A DNA stretch of 64,000 nt, from the NCBI RefSeq assembly GCF_030684315.1, contig NC_081379.1, positions 43,295,404 to 43,359,403 of the forward strand, read 5' to 3'. Below, in pieces: positions 1-12,029 of this stretch. Each line of letters begins with the position of its first letter. The stretch's first letter is position 1. The notes beneath the pieces are model-generated. The model saw only the letters and a program-made list of their open reading frames with translations, had not been told where the DNA came from and ran no database searches. This DNA comes from Stegostoma tigrinum. Lineage: Eukaryota. The position numbers were made by a program, and so were the translations under genes.

Positions 1-2650
1 CCACCGGCGTCGAGCCGGTGTTCTTCTCTGACCACTGCCTCCTGCTGGCCGACTGTCACTTACAGGACGACCGGCCGGCCGCCAAGGGTACGTGGAAGCT
101 CAACACGACTCTGTTGACCCCAGAGAACGTCGAGGACCTTAAGAGGGAGTACGCCGGTTGGAGAACCGTGAAACCCCTCTTTGAGTCTCCGGGCGACTGG
201 TGGGAGACGGTGAAGGAGAACATCAAGAGGTTCTTTGTCCTCAAGGGTATTCAGAAGGCAAGACAGAGGCGGGGAAAGCTGTTATGACTCCAGAAAAGGG
301 TGCAGAACCTGCTCCTTCTGCAGTTGATGGGGGTCGATATCACAGAGGATCTCCGCGAGGTGAGGGGCCAGCAAGCCTCGCTCTTCGCCGCGGAGGCCTC
401 CAGGATAATCTTCCGGTCCAGGGTCCGCTCCATGGACCAGGACGAGACGTGCTCACGTTTCTTCTTTCAGAAGGTGCACAAAGAGAGCTCTGTGCTTAGC
501 TGGCTGAAGGAGGACAACGGCTCGGTAACGTCATCTCGGCCCGACATTTTTAGGACCAGCAGATCCTTCTATGCGGGACTGTACGACACGAAGCCCACGG
601 ACAGCACGGCCTCAGAGTCGCTCCTGTCGTCTATCACGGAGGTCTTAGACGATGGCACGAGGGAGTGGCTGGACTGGCCGATATCCGTAGATGAGCTGAC
701 CAGAGCCCTCAAGTCCTTGGAGAGGAATAGGACTCCCGGGAGCGATGGCTTACCAGTTGAGCTGTATTCCGATCTGTGGGGCCTGGTAGGCCAGGACCTG
801 CTGGAAGTGTACGATAGTGCGCTTCGGGCAGGGGAAATGTGCAAGTCCATGAGGAAGGGCTTCATCACCCTCATTTACAAGAGGAAGGGGGAGAGGGAAG
901 AAATTAAGAATTGGCGTCCCATTTCACTATTGAACGTGGACTACAAAATCCTGGCCAAGGTCATAGCCAACCGGGTCAGGTCTGTCCTGCAGTCGGTGAT
1001 TCACCCTGACTAAACCTGTGCTGTGCCGGGCAGGAAGATTGCTGAAAGCCTCGCACTCATCAGGGATACGATCGCCTACATACAGGACAGGAGAGTGGAC
1101 ACCTGCCTCGTCAGCCTGGACCAGGAGAAGGCCTTCGACAGGGACTCTCATGCTTCCATGAGGGACATCCTCTCCAAATTGGGGTTCGGGGAGGGCATCC
1201 GCAATTGGATCCGGCTGCTCTACACCAACATCGTTAGCGCAGTCTCAAACAACGGGGGATATCGGACAGTTTGCCTATCAGATCTGGAGTCAGGCAGGGC
1301 TGCCCGCTCTCTCCTGCCTTGTTCGTGTGCTGTGTGGAGCCCTTTGCTGCATCCATCAGGAAGGACGTGAGCCTGAAGGGCGTGACTATCCCAGGCAGCG
1401 GAGGCCTTCAGGTCAAGACCTCCGTGTACATGGATGATGTCGCCGTCTTCTGCACCGATCATCGGTCGGTGAGTAAACTTTTGGACATCTGCGGCCAGTT
1501 TGAACTGGCCTCGGGTGCCAAAGTCAATAGGGGTAAGAGCGAGGTCATGTTCTTCGGGAACTGGGACGACTGCTCCTTCATCCCCTTCACCGTCAGGACA
1601 GACTACCTGAAGGTGCTGGGTGTTTGGTTTGGTGGAGCTGAGGCGTGCATTCAGACTTGGGAGGAGCGTATCACCAAAGTGAAGCAGAAGCTAGGCAGGT
1701 GGATGCTCCGGTCCCTCTCCATCGTGGGTAAGAACCACGTTGTCAGGTGCGAGGGGCTTTCGGTACCGTTGTATGTGGTGCAGGCCTGGCCTATTCCCTG
1801 GACCTGCGCCGCTGCGGTCACCCGGGCCATCTTCCACTTCATTTGGGGGTCGAGGATGGACCGGGTCCGCAGGGACACCATGTACAAAGACCTGGAAAAT
1901 GGGGGAAAGGACGCTCCGAGTAGTTGGACTGTTCCGTACCACCTGTCCTTCATGGAGAAATTTTTGAAAGGAAACACCTTTGACCACAAGGCCATCAGGC
2001 ACTGGTCAGCACGTAGTATCCTCGAGACCTTTCGGGAAAAGGAGAGGGTGAATCCCGTCGTGTGGTACCCCACGCAGACTGCCAAAGTCATTTGCCAGAA
2101 TGCCTCAATCGCCAGAACTTTCAAACAAGCGCAAGGACATTGCTTGGCTGGCGGTGAGAGGGGCTCTGCCAGTGAGATCCTTTATGCATGCCCGCAATCT
2201 CTGCGCTACTACACGCTGCCCTCGAGGTGGCTGCGGGGGGGACGAGACTGTCGATCACCTCCTTCTGGAGTGTGCCTATGCGCAGGAGGTCTGGAGGGGG
2301 ATGCAGTGGTATTTGTCGAGGTTCGTCCCAAGCAGCTCCGTGATGCGGGACTCCGTGCTCTATGGGCTGTTTCCCGGGATGCACACCGAGACCAACATCA
2401 CCTGCGCCTGGAGGACCATCAATGCGGTGAAAGACGCTCTTTGGTCTGCCCGCAACTTGCTGGTCTGCCAGCTGAAAGAACTGACCCCGACCAAATGTTG
2501 CAGACTGGCGCACTCCAAGGTCCAGGACTACGTGCTGAGGGACGCGCTAAAGCTTGAGGCAGCTGCCGCCAAGGCGCGGTGGGGAAAGACCACGGTATGA
2601 AACCCCTCATCCAGAATAGAACAAAGGGCCCTATCTGGTAACTGGGCCCA
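1..2650 (+). mobile_element. Decayed Tx1-clade non-LTR retrotransposon ORF2 (endonuclease end, RT, C-terminal zinc finger); runs off the window start
   Basis: Consecutive ORF pieces contain SDH and WKLN (endonuclease end), PGSDGLP, NWRPISLLNVDYKILAK, LDQEKAFD, GVRQGCPLSP, YMDD and CPRGGCGGDETVDHLLLEC. There are several stops and frameshifts, an apparent internal deletion near 1915, and a stop at 2600. Confidence 0.93.
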
Positions 2651-3025
2651 GCTGCTTAATATGGAAAGTCATCTTGGGGCCTGGGATGAGGGTGAGGGAG
2701 GAGGTGTGGGGGCAAGTGTAGCACTTCCTACGGTTGCAGGGGAAGGTGCCGGGTGTGGTGGGGTTGGAGGGGAGTGTGGAGCGGACAAGGGAGTCATGGA
2801 GAGAGTGGTCTCTCCGGAAGGCAGACAAGGGTGGGGATGGACAAATGTCTTGGGTGGTGGGGGTCGGATTGTGGATGGCGGAAGTGTTGGAAGTTGATGC
2901 GTTGTATCCGGAGGTTGGTGGGGTGGTATGTGAGGATGCGGGGGATTCTCTTAGAGCGGTTATTGCGGGGGTGGGATGTGAGGGATGTGTTGCGGGAATG
3001 CGGGAGACACGGTCAAGGGCGTTTT
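2650..3025 (-). mobile_element. PLE fragment, inverted 5' segment of the adjacent copy
   Basis: Minus ORF ...SLVRSTLPSNPTTPGTFPCNRRKCYTCPHTSSLTLIPGPKMTFHIKQ is nearly identical to part of the 3629-4843 ORF. Confidence 0.88.
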
Positions 3026-3653
3026 GACTTTCCATATTAAGCAGATCTTCAGCCTGCATATCTGCCAATGTAGCACACTGTATCCACTGTACCCGGTGGG
3101 CTTCCCCTACATTGGGGAAACCAAGCGGAAGCGGAACACCTACGCTTGGTTCGCAATAAACAACTGCACCTCCCAGTCACAACTGTTTAACTCCCCCTCC
3201 CATTACTTAGATGACATGTCCATCATGGGCCTCATGCAGAGCCACAATGATGCCACCCGAAGGTTGCAGGAACAGCAACTTATATTCCGCTTGGGAATCC
3301 TGCAGCCCAATCGTATCAATGTGGACTTCACTAGCTTCAAAATCTCCCCCTCCTCCACTGCATGCCAAAACAAGCCCAGTTCGTCCCCGCCTCCCTAACC
3401 TGTTCTTCCTCTCACCTATCCCCTCCTCCCACCTCCATTTCCCACCTCCTAACCTCATCCCGCCTTCTTGACTTGTCCATCCTCCCCAGACTGACCTGTC
3501 CCCTCCCCACCTATCCTCTCCTCTATCCATCTTCAGTCCGCCTCCCCTTCTCCCCATCCTCCTCTCTGATGAAGGGTCTAGGCCCGAAACGTCAGCTTTT
3601 GTGCCCCTGAGATGCTGCTTGGCCTGCTGTGTTCATCCAGCCTCACACTTTGT
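3025..3653 (+). mobile_element. PLE 3' part (degenerate GIY-YIG endonuclease plus terminal repeat)
   Basis: YIGETKR motif, RRLQEQQLIFRLG..QP..INVDF, a C-rich terminal repeat and a hammerhead core. Confidence 0.88.
3564..3595 (+). ncRNA. Minimal type I hammerhead ribozyme motif in a PLE terminal repeat
   Basis: CTGATGA-aGGGTC-ta-GGCCC-GAAAC-GTC: conserved core, helix II and palindromic ACGT at helix III. Confidence 0.8.
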
Positions 3654-5148
3654 CAGAGATAATGGGAACTGCAGATGCTGGAGAATTCCAAGAAGGTTAC
3701 GTGGAACAGTCCCTCTTCCGCACCTACACAGGCCCCAAACCCCACCTCTTCCTCCGGTACATTGATGACTGTATCGGCGCCGCCTCTTGCTCCCCAGAGG
3801 AGCTCGAACAGTTCATCCACTTCACCTACACCTTCCACCCCAACCTTCAGTTCACCTGGGCCATCTCCAGCACATCCCTCACCTTCCTGGACCTCTCAGC
3901 CTCCATCTCAGGCAACCAGCTTGTAACTGATGTCCATTTCAAGCCCACCGACTCCCACAGCTACCTGGAATACACCTCCTCCCACCCACCCTCCTGCAAA
4001 AATTCCATCCCCTATTCCCAATTCCTCCGCCGCATCTGCTCCCACGATAAGACATTCCACTCCCGCACATCCCAGATGTCCAAGTTCTTCAAGGACCGCA
4101 ACTTTCCCCCCACAGTGATCGAGAACGCCCTTGACCGCGTCTCCCGTATTTCCCGCAACACATCCCTCACACCCCGCCCCCGCCACAACCGCCCCAAGAG
4201 GATCCCCCTCGTTCTCACACACCACCCTACCAACCTCCGGATACAACGCATTATCCTCCGACACTTCCGCCATTTACAATCCGACCCCACCACCCAAGAC
4301 ATTTTTCCATCCCCTCCCCTGTCAGCTTTCCGGACAGACCACTCTCTCCGTGACTCCCTTGTTCGCTCCACACTGCCCTCCAACCCCACCACACCCGGCA
4401 CCTTCCCCTGCAACCGCAGGAAATGCTACACTTGTCCCCACACCTCCTCCCTCACCCCCATCCCAGGCCCCAAGATGACATTCCACATTAAGCAGAGGTT
4501 CACCTGCACATCAGTCCACAACAAACAACTGCACCTCCCAGTCGCAAACCATTTCCACTCCCCCTCCCATTCTCTAGATGACATGTCCATCATGGGCCTC
4601 TTGCAGTGCCACAATGATGCCACCCGAAGGTTGCAGGAACAGCAACTCATATTCCGCCTGGGAACCCTGCAGCCATATGGTATCAATGTGGACTTCACCA
4701 GTTTCAAAATCTCCCCTTCTCCTACTGCATCCCTAAACCAGCCCAGTTCGTCCCCTCCCCCCACTGCACCACACAACCAGCCCAGCTCTTCCCCCCCACC
4801 CACTGCATCCCAAAACCAGTCCAACCTGTCTCTGCCTCCCTAACCAGTTCTTCCTCTCACCCATCCCTTCCTCCCACCCCAAGCCGCACCCCCAGCTACC
4901 CACTAACCTCATCCCACCTCCTTGACCTGTCCGTCTTCCCTGGACTGACCTATCCCCTCCCTACCTCCCCACCTACACTCTCTCCACCTATCTTCTTTAC
5001 TCTCCATCTTCGGTCCGCCTCCCCCTCTCTCCCTATTTATTCCAGTTCCCTCTCCCCATCCCCCTCTCTGAAGGGTCTAGGCCCGAAACGTCAGCTTTTG
5101 TGCTCCTGAGATGCTGCTTGGCCTGCTGTGTTCATCCAGCCTCACATT
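3654..5148 (+). mobile_element. PLE, 5'-truncated, RT intact but GIY-YIG deleted, with 11-12 bp TSD
   Basis: 404-aa ORF with RYIDD, FLDL, VHFKPTDSHSYL, SSHP and IPYSQFLR. TSD TCACACTTTGT(C) at 3643-3654 and 5149-5160. The hammerhead at 5068-5092 has a 3-nt core deletion. Confidence 0.93.
4730..4835 (+). repeat. Three ~35-bp tandem units inside the PLE
   Basis: Repeated ACTGCA..C.CA.AACCAG.CCA units, translating as TAS/PxNQPSSSPPP. Confidence 0.7.
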
Positions 5149-5659
5149 TCACACTTTGTCCTTCCTCTTACCTCAAGCCCCACCCTCATCTCCTACTTAC
5201 CAAGGCCCGAAACGTCAACTTTCCTGCTCCTCTGCTGCTTGGCCTGCTGCGTTCATTCAGCTCTAGCCCTTGTTATCTCAGGGACTATAGCAGATTTTTT
5301 TTCACAGGATCGGGTGATAAATGGGGGCCTTACTTCTCAGATCATATAAACAGTCAAAAAAAATCACAAATGAACAAAGGCCTAACAGCAACTATTAACG
5401 ATAAACGTTTCTTTCTGTCTGCTTACAAAGTGATCTACTTTGAATGTTGCCATTCCTATAATTTAAAAGAAAGAGTTCATGAATTTAAAACGTCCTGGCT
5501 CTCTTTTTTCTGGCCCTATTTTTAAGAGTGACAGCTCATCACGATTCATACATATTAAATTTCAAATGCCGCCAGAGCGCTTTATTCAGAAGGACGATGG
5601 CCAGAGAAAGAGGTTAATTCCCGGAGGCAGTAATTGCAGGTTCAGGGCATTTTGTTTTT

Positions 5660-6165
5660 ATTCATTCATGATGAGGGCATTGCTGGTTAGGGCAGCATTT
5701 ATTTCTCATCCAAAGGCTGGTTGAGAGTCAAGCACGTTACTGTGGGTCTGGAGTCCCATGTAGTCACCACACCAGGTAAGAATGGCAGAGACAGTTAAGA
5801 ACTGCAGACGCTGGAGTCAAATAGAACACATTGTGTGTTCCTCAGCTCCACCCTGTGTTAGAGATAATGGGGACTCCAGATGCTGGAGAATCCAAGATAC
5901 AAAGTATGAAACTTCACACTTTGTTATCCACACTGTGTTATCTCAGGGAAAAACGGCAGTGTCCTTCCCGAAGAGAATTATAGGGAACCAGATGTTCCCC
6001 CACCCCCGCCGATCGGCAGTGGTTTCACGGTCATCTTTAGACTGTTGATTCCAGCTTTCTATTGAATTCAAATTCCGCCATCTGCCGTGGCGGGATTCAA
6101 ACCCGGAACATTACGCCCGACCCTGGATCGACAGTCCGGCGACAATACCGTAGGCCGTCGCTTCA
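5660..6165 (-). mobile_element. tRNA-derived SINE-like repeat with a nested PLE remnant (~5800-5945)
   Basis: GAATTCAAATTCCGCCATCTGCCGTGGCGGGATTC is similar to the copy near 40600-40640. A PLE-tail sequence occurs at ~5860. Confidence 0.5.
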
Positions 6166-6228
6166 CCAGCCCGAGAATTGAAGCCTCGGCTTGTGTAGCG
6201 TCCAGGGGCTGTGCGCCTGCCGCCTCAC

Positions 6229-6279
6229 CTGATTCACAATCACGTCGTAAAATTCCTTCCGGAAATCCGACAGGAACAT
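6229..6279 (-). CDS. CDC45: CDC45 coding exon 1 (MFLSDFRKEFYDVIVNQ); the rest of the gene lies left of the window
   Basis: Matches the vertebrate CDC45 N-terminus (human MFVSDFRKEFYEVVQSQ, recalled). accATG context and CAG|GTGAGG donor. Head-to-head with UFD1, as in mammals. Confidence 0.95.
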
Positions 6280-6369
6280 GGTGCGCTAATACACCCCGGT
6301 ACCCGTTCTACCTCAGCCTGTAACCGCCGACACCGAACGACAACAACAACCCTCTCCCGGCGTCTGCAA

Positions 6370-6730
6370 ACTCCAAACTTGGCGCCAAACGGCCTGTCGG
6401 CCACAACAACTGATTGGTGATTGGATGGAGGCTCAGAATCTCCTCGCTGATTGGATTGTAGCTCAACTTGCCTCACTGATTGGATGGCGGCTGTCTGCAA
6501 CCGATTGGGCAATGGCGTTTACCCGCCAAACGGAAGCACACCGGTCCCTGATTGGCCAGACGGAACACATGCTGCATGTGGATTGGATGCGAAGCGGGTG
6601 TCCACCTTTGATTGGTCGAACCGGTCCGGCCACATCCTACTACTTGATTGAATGGAAAGCGCAAAATTGCAACGGCTTGGACATATTGGAGGGCGCTGTG
6701 AGAAAGTTTGGCAGCTTCCATTGGGAAAGA
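6370..6730 (-). promoter_or_regulatory. CDC45 promoter: CCAAT-box array plus E2F sites, CpG-rich
   Basis: ATTGG at 6413, 6420, 6450, 6479, 6504, 6551, 6582, 6611, 6685 and 6720. E2F-like TTGGCGCCAAA at 6379-6389 and CCCGCCAAA at 6522-6530. Confidence 0.85.
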
Positions 6731-6739
6731 GCTCACAGT

Positions 6740-8175
6740 TAAGAATCATTCAGAAAACTAATGGAATGTTGGTCTTTATATATGGAGTATAAGGATGCAG
6801 AGGTTATGCTGCAATTACAGTAAATCCTAGTTACACCCTACTTTGAGGACTGTCAGTGATCTCAGCACCTTGGGAAAGATATATTAGCCTTGACAAGAAT
6901 GATACCCGGACTTCAGTGGTTAAGTTATGATTAGAGATTATATAAATTAGGCCTTTTTTCTCTAAAACTATGAAGGGTTATCAATTGGACATCTTCAAGA
7001 TATTAACAGCAAAAGACAGGCTAGATAAAGATAACACTGTGAAACTGAGGGGTAGGAAAGTTGATGTTTCAGGTCGGGACCTTTCATCAGAAATGGGGGA
7101 AGGTAGCTGCGAAATAAATAGAGAGCAAGGGTGGGGCTAGGGAGGGGAGGTGGGATGGTGATAGGTGAGTGCAGGTAGGTAGTGTTGGGGATTGGTCAGT
7201 GAGGTGGGAGGAGCACCTACAATCCGACCCCACAAACAAAGATATATTTCCCTCCCCATCCCTACCTGCCTTTTGTCCAGACCGCTCTCTCCATGACTCC
7301 CTCATCTGCTCCACACTCCCCATTAGTCCCACCACCCCGGCACCTTTCCCTGCAACTGCAGTAAGTGCTACACCTCCGCCCCCCCCGCCAACTTTCATTC
7401 AAGGCACCAAACAAACCTTTCACATCTGACAGAGGTTCACATGCACATCCGTTAATGTGGTCTATTGTATCCACTGCTCCTGATGTGGCCTCTTCTACAT
7501 TAGTGAGACCAAGCAGAGGCTCAGAGACTGCTTTGTAGATCATCTGCGCTCTGTTCGTAACAAACAACAACACCTTCTGGTCGTGAACCATTTCAATTCC
7601 CCCTCCCACTCCCTGGGTCACATGTCCATCCTGGGCCTCCTCCAGTATCACAATGACGCCACCTGGATATGAGCAACACCTCATATTCCACCTTGGGAAC
7701 CTACAGCCCAATGACCTAAATGTGGACTTTACCAGTTTCAAAATCTCCCAACCCTGGCCTCATCCATTACCAACCCTCCCTCTCATCCCCACCTCCTTGA
7801 CCAGACACAACCTGTCCATCTTCCCTCTCACCGATCCACTCCTCCCACCACTCCCTATCTGCACTCACCTGTCACCATCCCACCTACCTTTCCCAGCCCC
7901 ACCCCATCTCTTTATTTATTTCTGAGCTTCCTTCCCCCTCCCCCATTTCTGAAGAAAGATCCTGAACCAAAATGTCAACTTTCCTGCTCCTCTGATGCTG
8001 CCTGGCTTGCTGTGTTCCTCCGGCTCCACACTGTGTAATCTCTAGTTAAATTTTTGTTAAGGCACAGGATTAAGGGATATGGACCATAGGCACGTTTGTG
8101 GAGGTAGGCCATACAGATTAGCCATTGAATTGTGGAACAGGCTTGAGGGATTGAATGGCCTACTCTTGTACCTAT
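6740..8175 (+). mobile_element. Old CR1 3' fragment split by a PLE
   Basis: CR1-like 3' sequence at 6740-7030 and 8045-8175 ending in a GAATGGCCTACTC-type tail. Confidence 0.55.
7050..8040 (+). mobile_element. PLE fragment with inverted terminal repeat (7050-7210 minus, 7213-8040 plus)
   Basis: GIY-YIG-like VVYCIHC..CGLFYISETKQRL and EQHLIFHLGNLQPNDLNVDF. Minus-strand hammerhead core CTGATGA-AAGGTCCCGACCT-GAAACATC at 7063-7090. Confidence 0.85.
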
Positions 8176-9559
8176 GTTCAAAGTCATAGATGATCTCTCA
8201 TTAGACTGGTAGTGCAGTATTAGAGTTGTATTAGTTTTGTAAATAAGACAGAAAAAAGGAGAAGAAATAAACACAAAGGTACATGACATAATGGAAGACA
8301 AGAGAGAGTAAAGTGACAAAAGATATGGTATTAGGACAAGCAGTACTGCAGCTGTGATAAAATAAAGGACCGTGGACACGAGAAATCTGAGACAAATGCA
8401 GTAATTGCTGAAGAAACTCAACAGGTCTGGCAGCATCTTTGAAGTTCCCTGAAGGACCACTGGACTCAATGTTGTCTGTTTTCTCTCCACCCGCAGCAAT
8501 TTATGCTTTTCTTAAAACTAATTTGTGTCTGGGTGAAGGAGTTAGTATGTCTTGCGTTCTTTTTTCCCTCTTTTTCAGCCTCCAGTACTAGCAAGAATGT
8601 GAAAAGAGAACCAAAATGTGTCTCCCCATATTAGTACACAGCCTTTCCATTGGCTTGCCTTCAGCTGTACTTCCTATCCAGACAAAGATTCATGGGAATT
8701 TCATCCTCTTATCAATGCCAGCTATACTGCCTACCCAGATAACAACCAACAGGATCACATCTCAAATAAACAGGCCCTTTTACACGGGGTCAAATTGGAC
8801 TTGAAGCATTAAATCTGTTTGCCCTTTCCTGGATGTTGCCAGATTAGCTGAGATTCTCCAGCACTTCTGTTTTCATTTCAGATTTCTGGCATCTTCAGTA
8901 TTTTATTTTTATTTAAATTGTTAAATATTCATATTTTGTACTCTGCTGAGCATGGTTCGTCAAGGACAGGAGAAAAATAATGTAAATTGGAGACTGAATA
9001 CTCAAGATCAAGGTGCACAGGAATCCCAGACAGTCTGCTTCTAGTTAATTACCAAATTTATGACCAAGGTTCTTGAGCAGCTGAATATAACATCAACAAG
9101 TTGGGTGCTTTTCTTTATCATTTTGGTTTGATTTATCCAAATTTGACTCTTAATTTGTTTTTTAATGTGTTTAAAATAACTTTGAATAAAACAACACCCT
9201 CCTCCCCCTTGTCCTTTGTTGGTGTAATTTCAAAGGAGACATTTACTTGAAACGGGATAAGTCTTACCTAACTAATCAACTATTTAGAAGTTGCTTCAAT
9301 TGATTAAGTAATTCAGGCAGATTTCATGGCTTGAATCACAGAACCTTAGGATTCTTATTTTAGAAAAATAATATTTAAGGCCTCTTGTGGCACACTGGTA
9401 TTGCCTCTATTTCTAGACTGACAGCCCCTCGTTTCAAGTCCTGCCTGCTTTTGGAATTACATAATAACATATCTGACCAGATGATCTGAAAAGAAAATCT
9501 TACTTTTTACAGCAAACTCTACAATATGATACACTTACGTAAAATGTTTAACAATTGTT

Positions 9560-9870
9560 GTAGTTGAGGGGAGTGCAGCAGTTAATTGGCACAAGCCATG
9601 GCTTCACAATCAACAGTGAGAAAAACAGATAATCTGTTAACAAATAGATATTATCCAGTAGTTGAACTTCCCATTCATCTTCAAACATTGTCTTAGGATC
9701 TCTTATATCCACTTGAGATGGAAAAGGAGCCTTGATGTCTTAGGTGAAAGACAGTACATCCAACAACACCATATTCCCTCAGTAGTGCACCAAACTATCT
9801 GCCTTGATCACGTGCTCAAGTCTCTTGAGCAGGACTTTAAAAAAGACTTCTGACTGAACCATGGCTGAAA
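9560..9870 (-). mobile_element. Old SINE (DeuSINE/SacSINE-like)
   Basis: Similar to copies near 24440-24760, 31290-31570 and 61840-62180. Family name is from memory. Confidence 0.4.
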
Positions 9871-10649
9871 AGTCAATTGTTCAAAAACAATTAAAGCCAT
9901 CCAAGCCTTCAGTGTTGGAATTTTTTGTCCTAGTCATCAACTGCCTTCAGAGTCTCATACAGATGTACTGTATCAAAAATCCAGCATGGTGACATCTCAA
10001 AGATATTTAATATCCTGCCAAGACAACTGGAGTGTTTCTAATAAGTGATTTTTATTGAGGTATTTAAGATTGTGTAGGTTTGTTTTCATTGCTCAGTGAC
10101 ATGGTAAAAGAGAGTACAAAACTTAAAAGGCATTGGCCAGTTAGAAAAACTCCTTTCGCAGCACTTGAAATTCTCTGCCACAGATTTGGGCTGAAGCTGA
10201 GTCCATATGTTCTTATAAAAATTTAATTTACAGTTGTTTACAAAAATAATTATTAAGGAGTTCAAAATCTGTAAATTGGCTGGAGAGTAAATTGACACAA
10301 TCACTGGTGTTCCATGTTACATTCCATATCTTTATTCTAAGTTGGAAGAGTTCAGTTGCAGTATCAGAGAATAATTGTGCAGTCATACAGAAAACAATTG
10401 CTGTTGGAAATCTGTTGCCAAGTCATTTTGTGTGTATTGTACCACAATGGGCCTACGATTGGAAACTGAACTCATCCTTATTTGTGTGGCAGGAAGGATT
10501 ATAAAATCATGCCTTTCTTCATGAGCAATCAGGTTAATGATATACTAGCTAGCATGCAATAAAAATTGGCAGCGTTGTATTTAACACATAGGTATAGATT
10601 GTATTAATATATTATCAATTTGCCTTGATTTTAACTTGTTTGATATTCA

Positions 10650-11390
10650 ATCATGAGATGTAAGTGTTACTATTGCCTTAGTTACCCTTGAGGAGATGGT
10701 GGTGATCTTCCTTCTTGAACTGCTGTAGTCCATGTTTTGCAAGTAGACTCACAATGTTACAAGGGAGAGAATCCCTGGATTTTTACCCAGTGCCCCCGAA
10801 AGAATGGCCATATGTTTCTGAGTCAGAATGGAAGGCTTGGAGTGAATTTGCAGAAATTTGGTGTTCCCATGTGTCTGTTACCCTTGCCCTTCTAGATGGA
10901 AATGGTTGTGGGTTTGGAAGGATCATTGGAGAATTTCTTGTGGATCGAACGCTCTGCTGCTATTGAGTTTTGGTGGTGGAGGGAGCGATCTGTTTTGTCC
11001 TGGAAACTGTCAAGTTTCTTGGGTGTTGTTGGAGCTGCATCCATTCAGGCAAGTTTGGAGTATTCCATCACATTCTTGACTTGTGCTTTGCAGATGATGT
11101 ACCAGCTTGGTGAAATTGGGCAGTGAGTTACTCACCATAGTATTTCAAGCGCCTGACCTGTACTCGTACCCACTGAATTTAAGTGGTGAGTCCAATTGAG
11201 TTGTGGGTCAATGGTAACTCCCAAAATGTTCATAATGGAGGATTTACTGATGGTAAAAGCATTGAATGTCAAAGGATGTTGGGCAAATTGTCTCTTATTG
11301 AAAATAATCCTATCCAGCATTTGTGTGGCATGAACATCACTTGCTACTTTTCAGCCTGGGCCTGGATATTGTCCAGATCTTGTTGAATTA
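10650..11390 (-). mobile_element. Non-LTR retrotransposon RT 3' fragment (CR1/L2-like)
   Basis: ILGVTIDPQLNWTHHLNSV...GQALEIL is a typical late-RT segment. Confidence 0.7.
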
Positions 11391-11544
11391 TGTTATTTTC
11401 TCAACATTAATAAGTTTTAAACATCATTAACATATGACATTTTTCAAAACGTTCCACTTTTCACCATTAAGCGAAAGATTGGCATTTATATAATTGCAAA
11501 CAAAATGACTTTTGCATTCAATCCCAATTTCCCTGCTTTAGGAA

Positions 11545-11985
11545 GCATGTTAAAATTGAAAGGTTGCAGAAAAGATTTACATGGATGAGCCTGGGTTGGT
11601 GTGTTTGAGTTATAGTGAGAGCCTGAACAGGCTAGGCCTGTTTTCCCTGGGGCGTGGAGGTTGAGGGTTTATAAAATCATGAGGGGTAGGGGAGTCCAAA
11701 ACAAGAGGGCATAGGTTTAAGGTGAGAGGGAAAATATATAAAATGGACCTGAGGGAAAACTTTTCATGCAGAGGGTGATGCGTGCATGGGATGAGCTGCC
11801 AGAGGAAGTGGTGGAGGCTGGTACAATCGCAACATTTAAAAGGCCTCTGGATGGATATAAGAATGGAAAAGGTTTGCAGGGATATGAGCCAATTGCTGGC
11901 AAGTGGTACTTGATTAATTGAGGAAAGCTGATCAGCATGGATGAGTTGGGCTGAAGAGTCTGCTTCCTTGCTGTATGACTCTATA
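11545..11985 (+). mobile_element. CR1 LINE 3' fragment
   Basis: AGGGCATAGGTTTAAGGTGAGAGGG, GAGCTGCCAGAGGAAGTGGTGGAGGC and GCTGTATGACTCTAT tail, all recurrent in the window. Confidence 0.85.
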
Positions 11986-12029
11986 AGCTGCTCTGTGCTC
12001 TGCAAGCTCCTGATCCAGGTGTAAAAACT

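Noticed and set aside
3629-4843. 404-aa ORF as a domesticated host gene
   Set aside because: It is a TSD-flanked, 5'-truncated PLE, and its apparent N-terminus comes from neighbouring repeat sequence.
1-6228. CDC45 exon 2 ([20 protein letters not shown]-like)
   Set aside because: No matching minus-strand sequence was seen; it presumably lies left of the window.
6410-6620. CRISPR-like array
   Set aside because: The repeated unit is only a 6-7 nt CCAAT motif in a vertebrate promoter, and there are no cas genes.
8560-8820. Plus-strand exon of a divergent lncRNA (strong acceptor at ~8578)
   Set aside because: No convincing upstream donor or other support.
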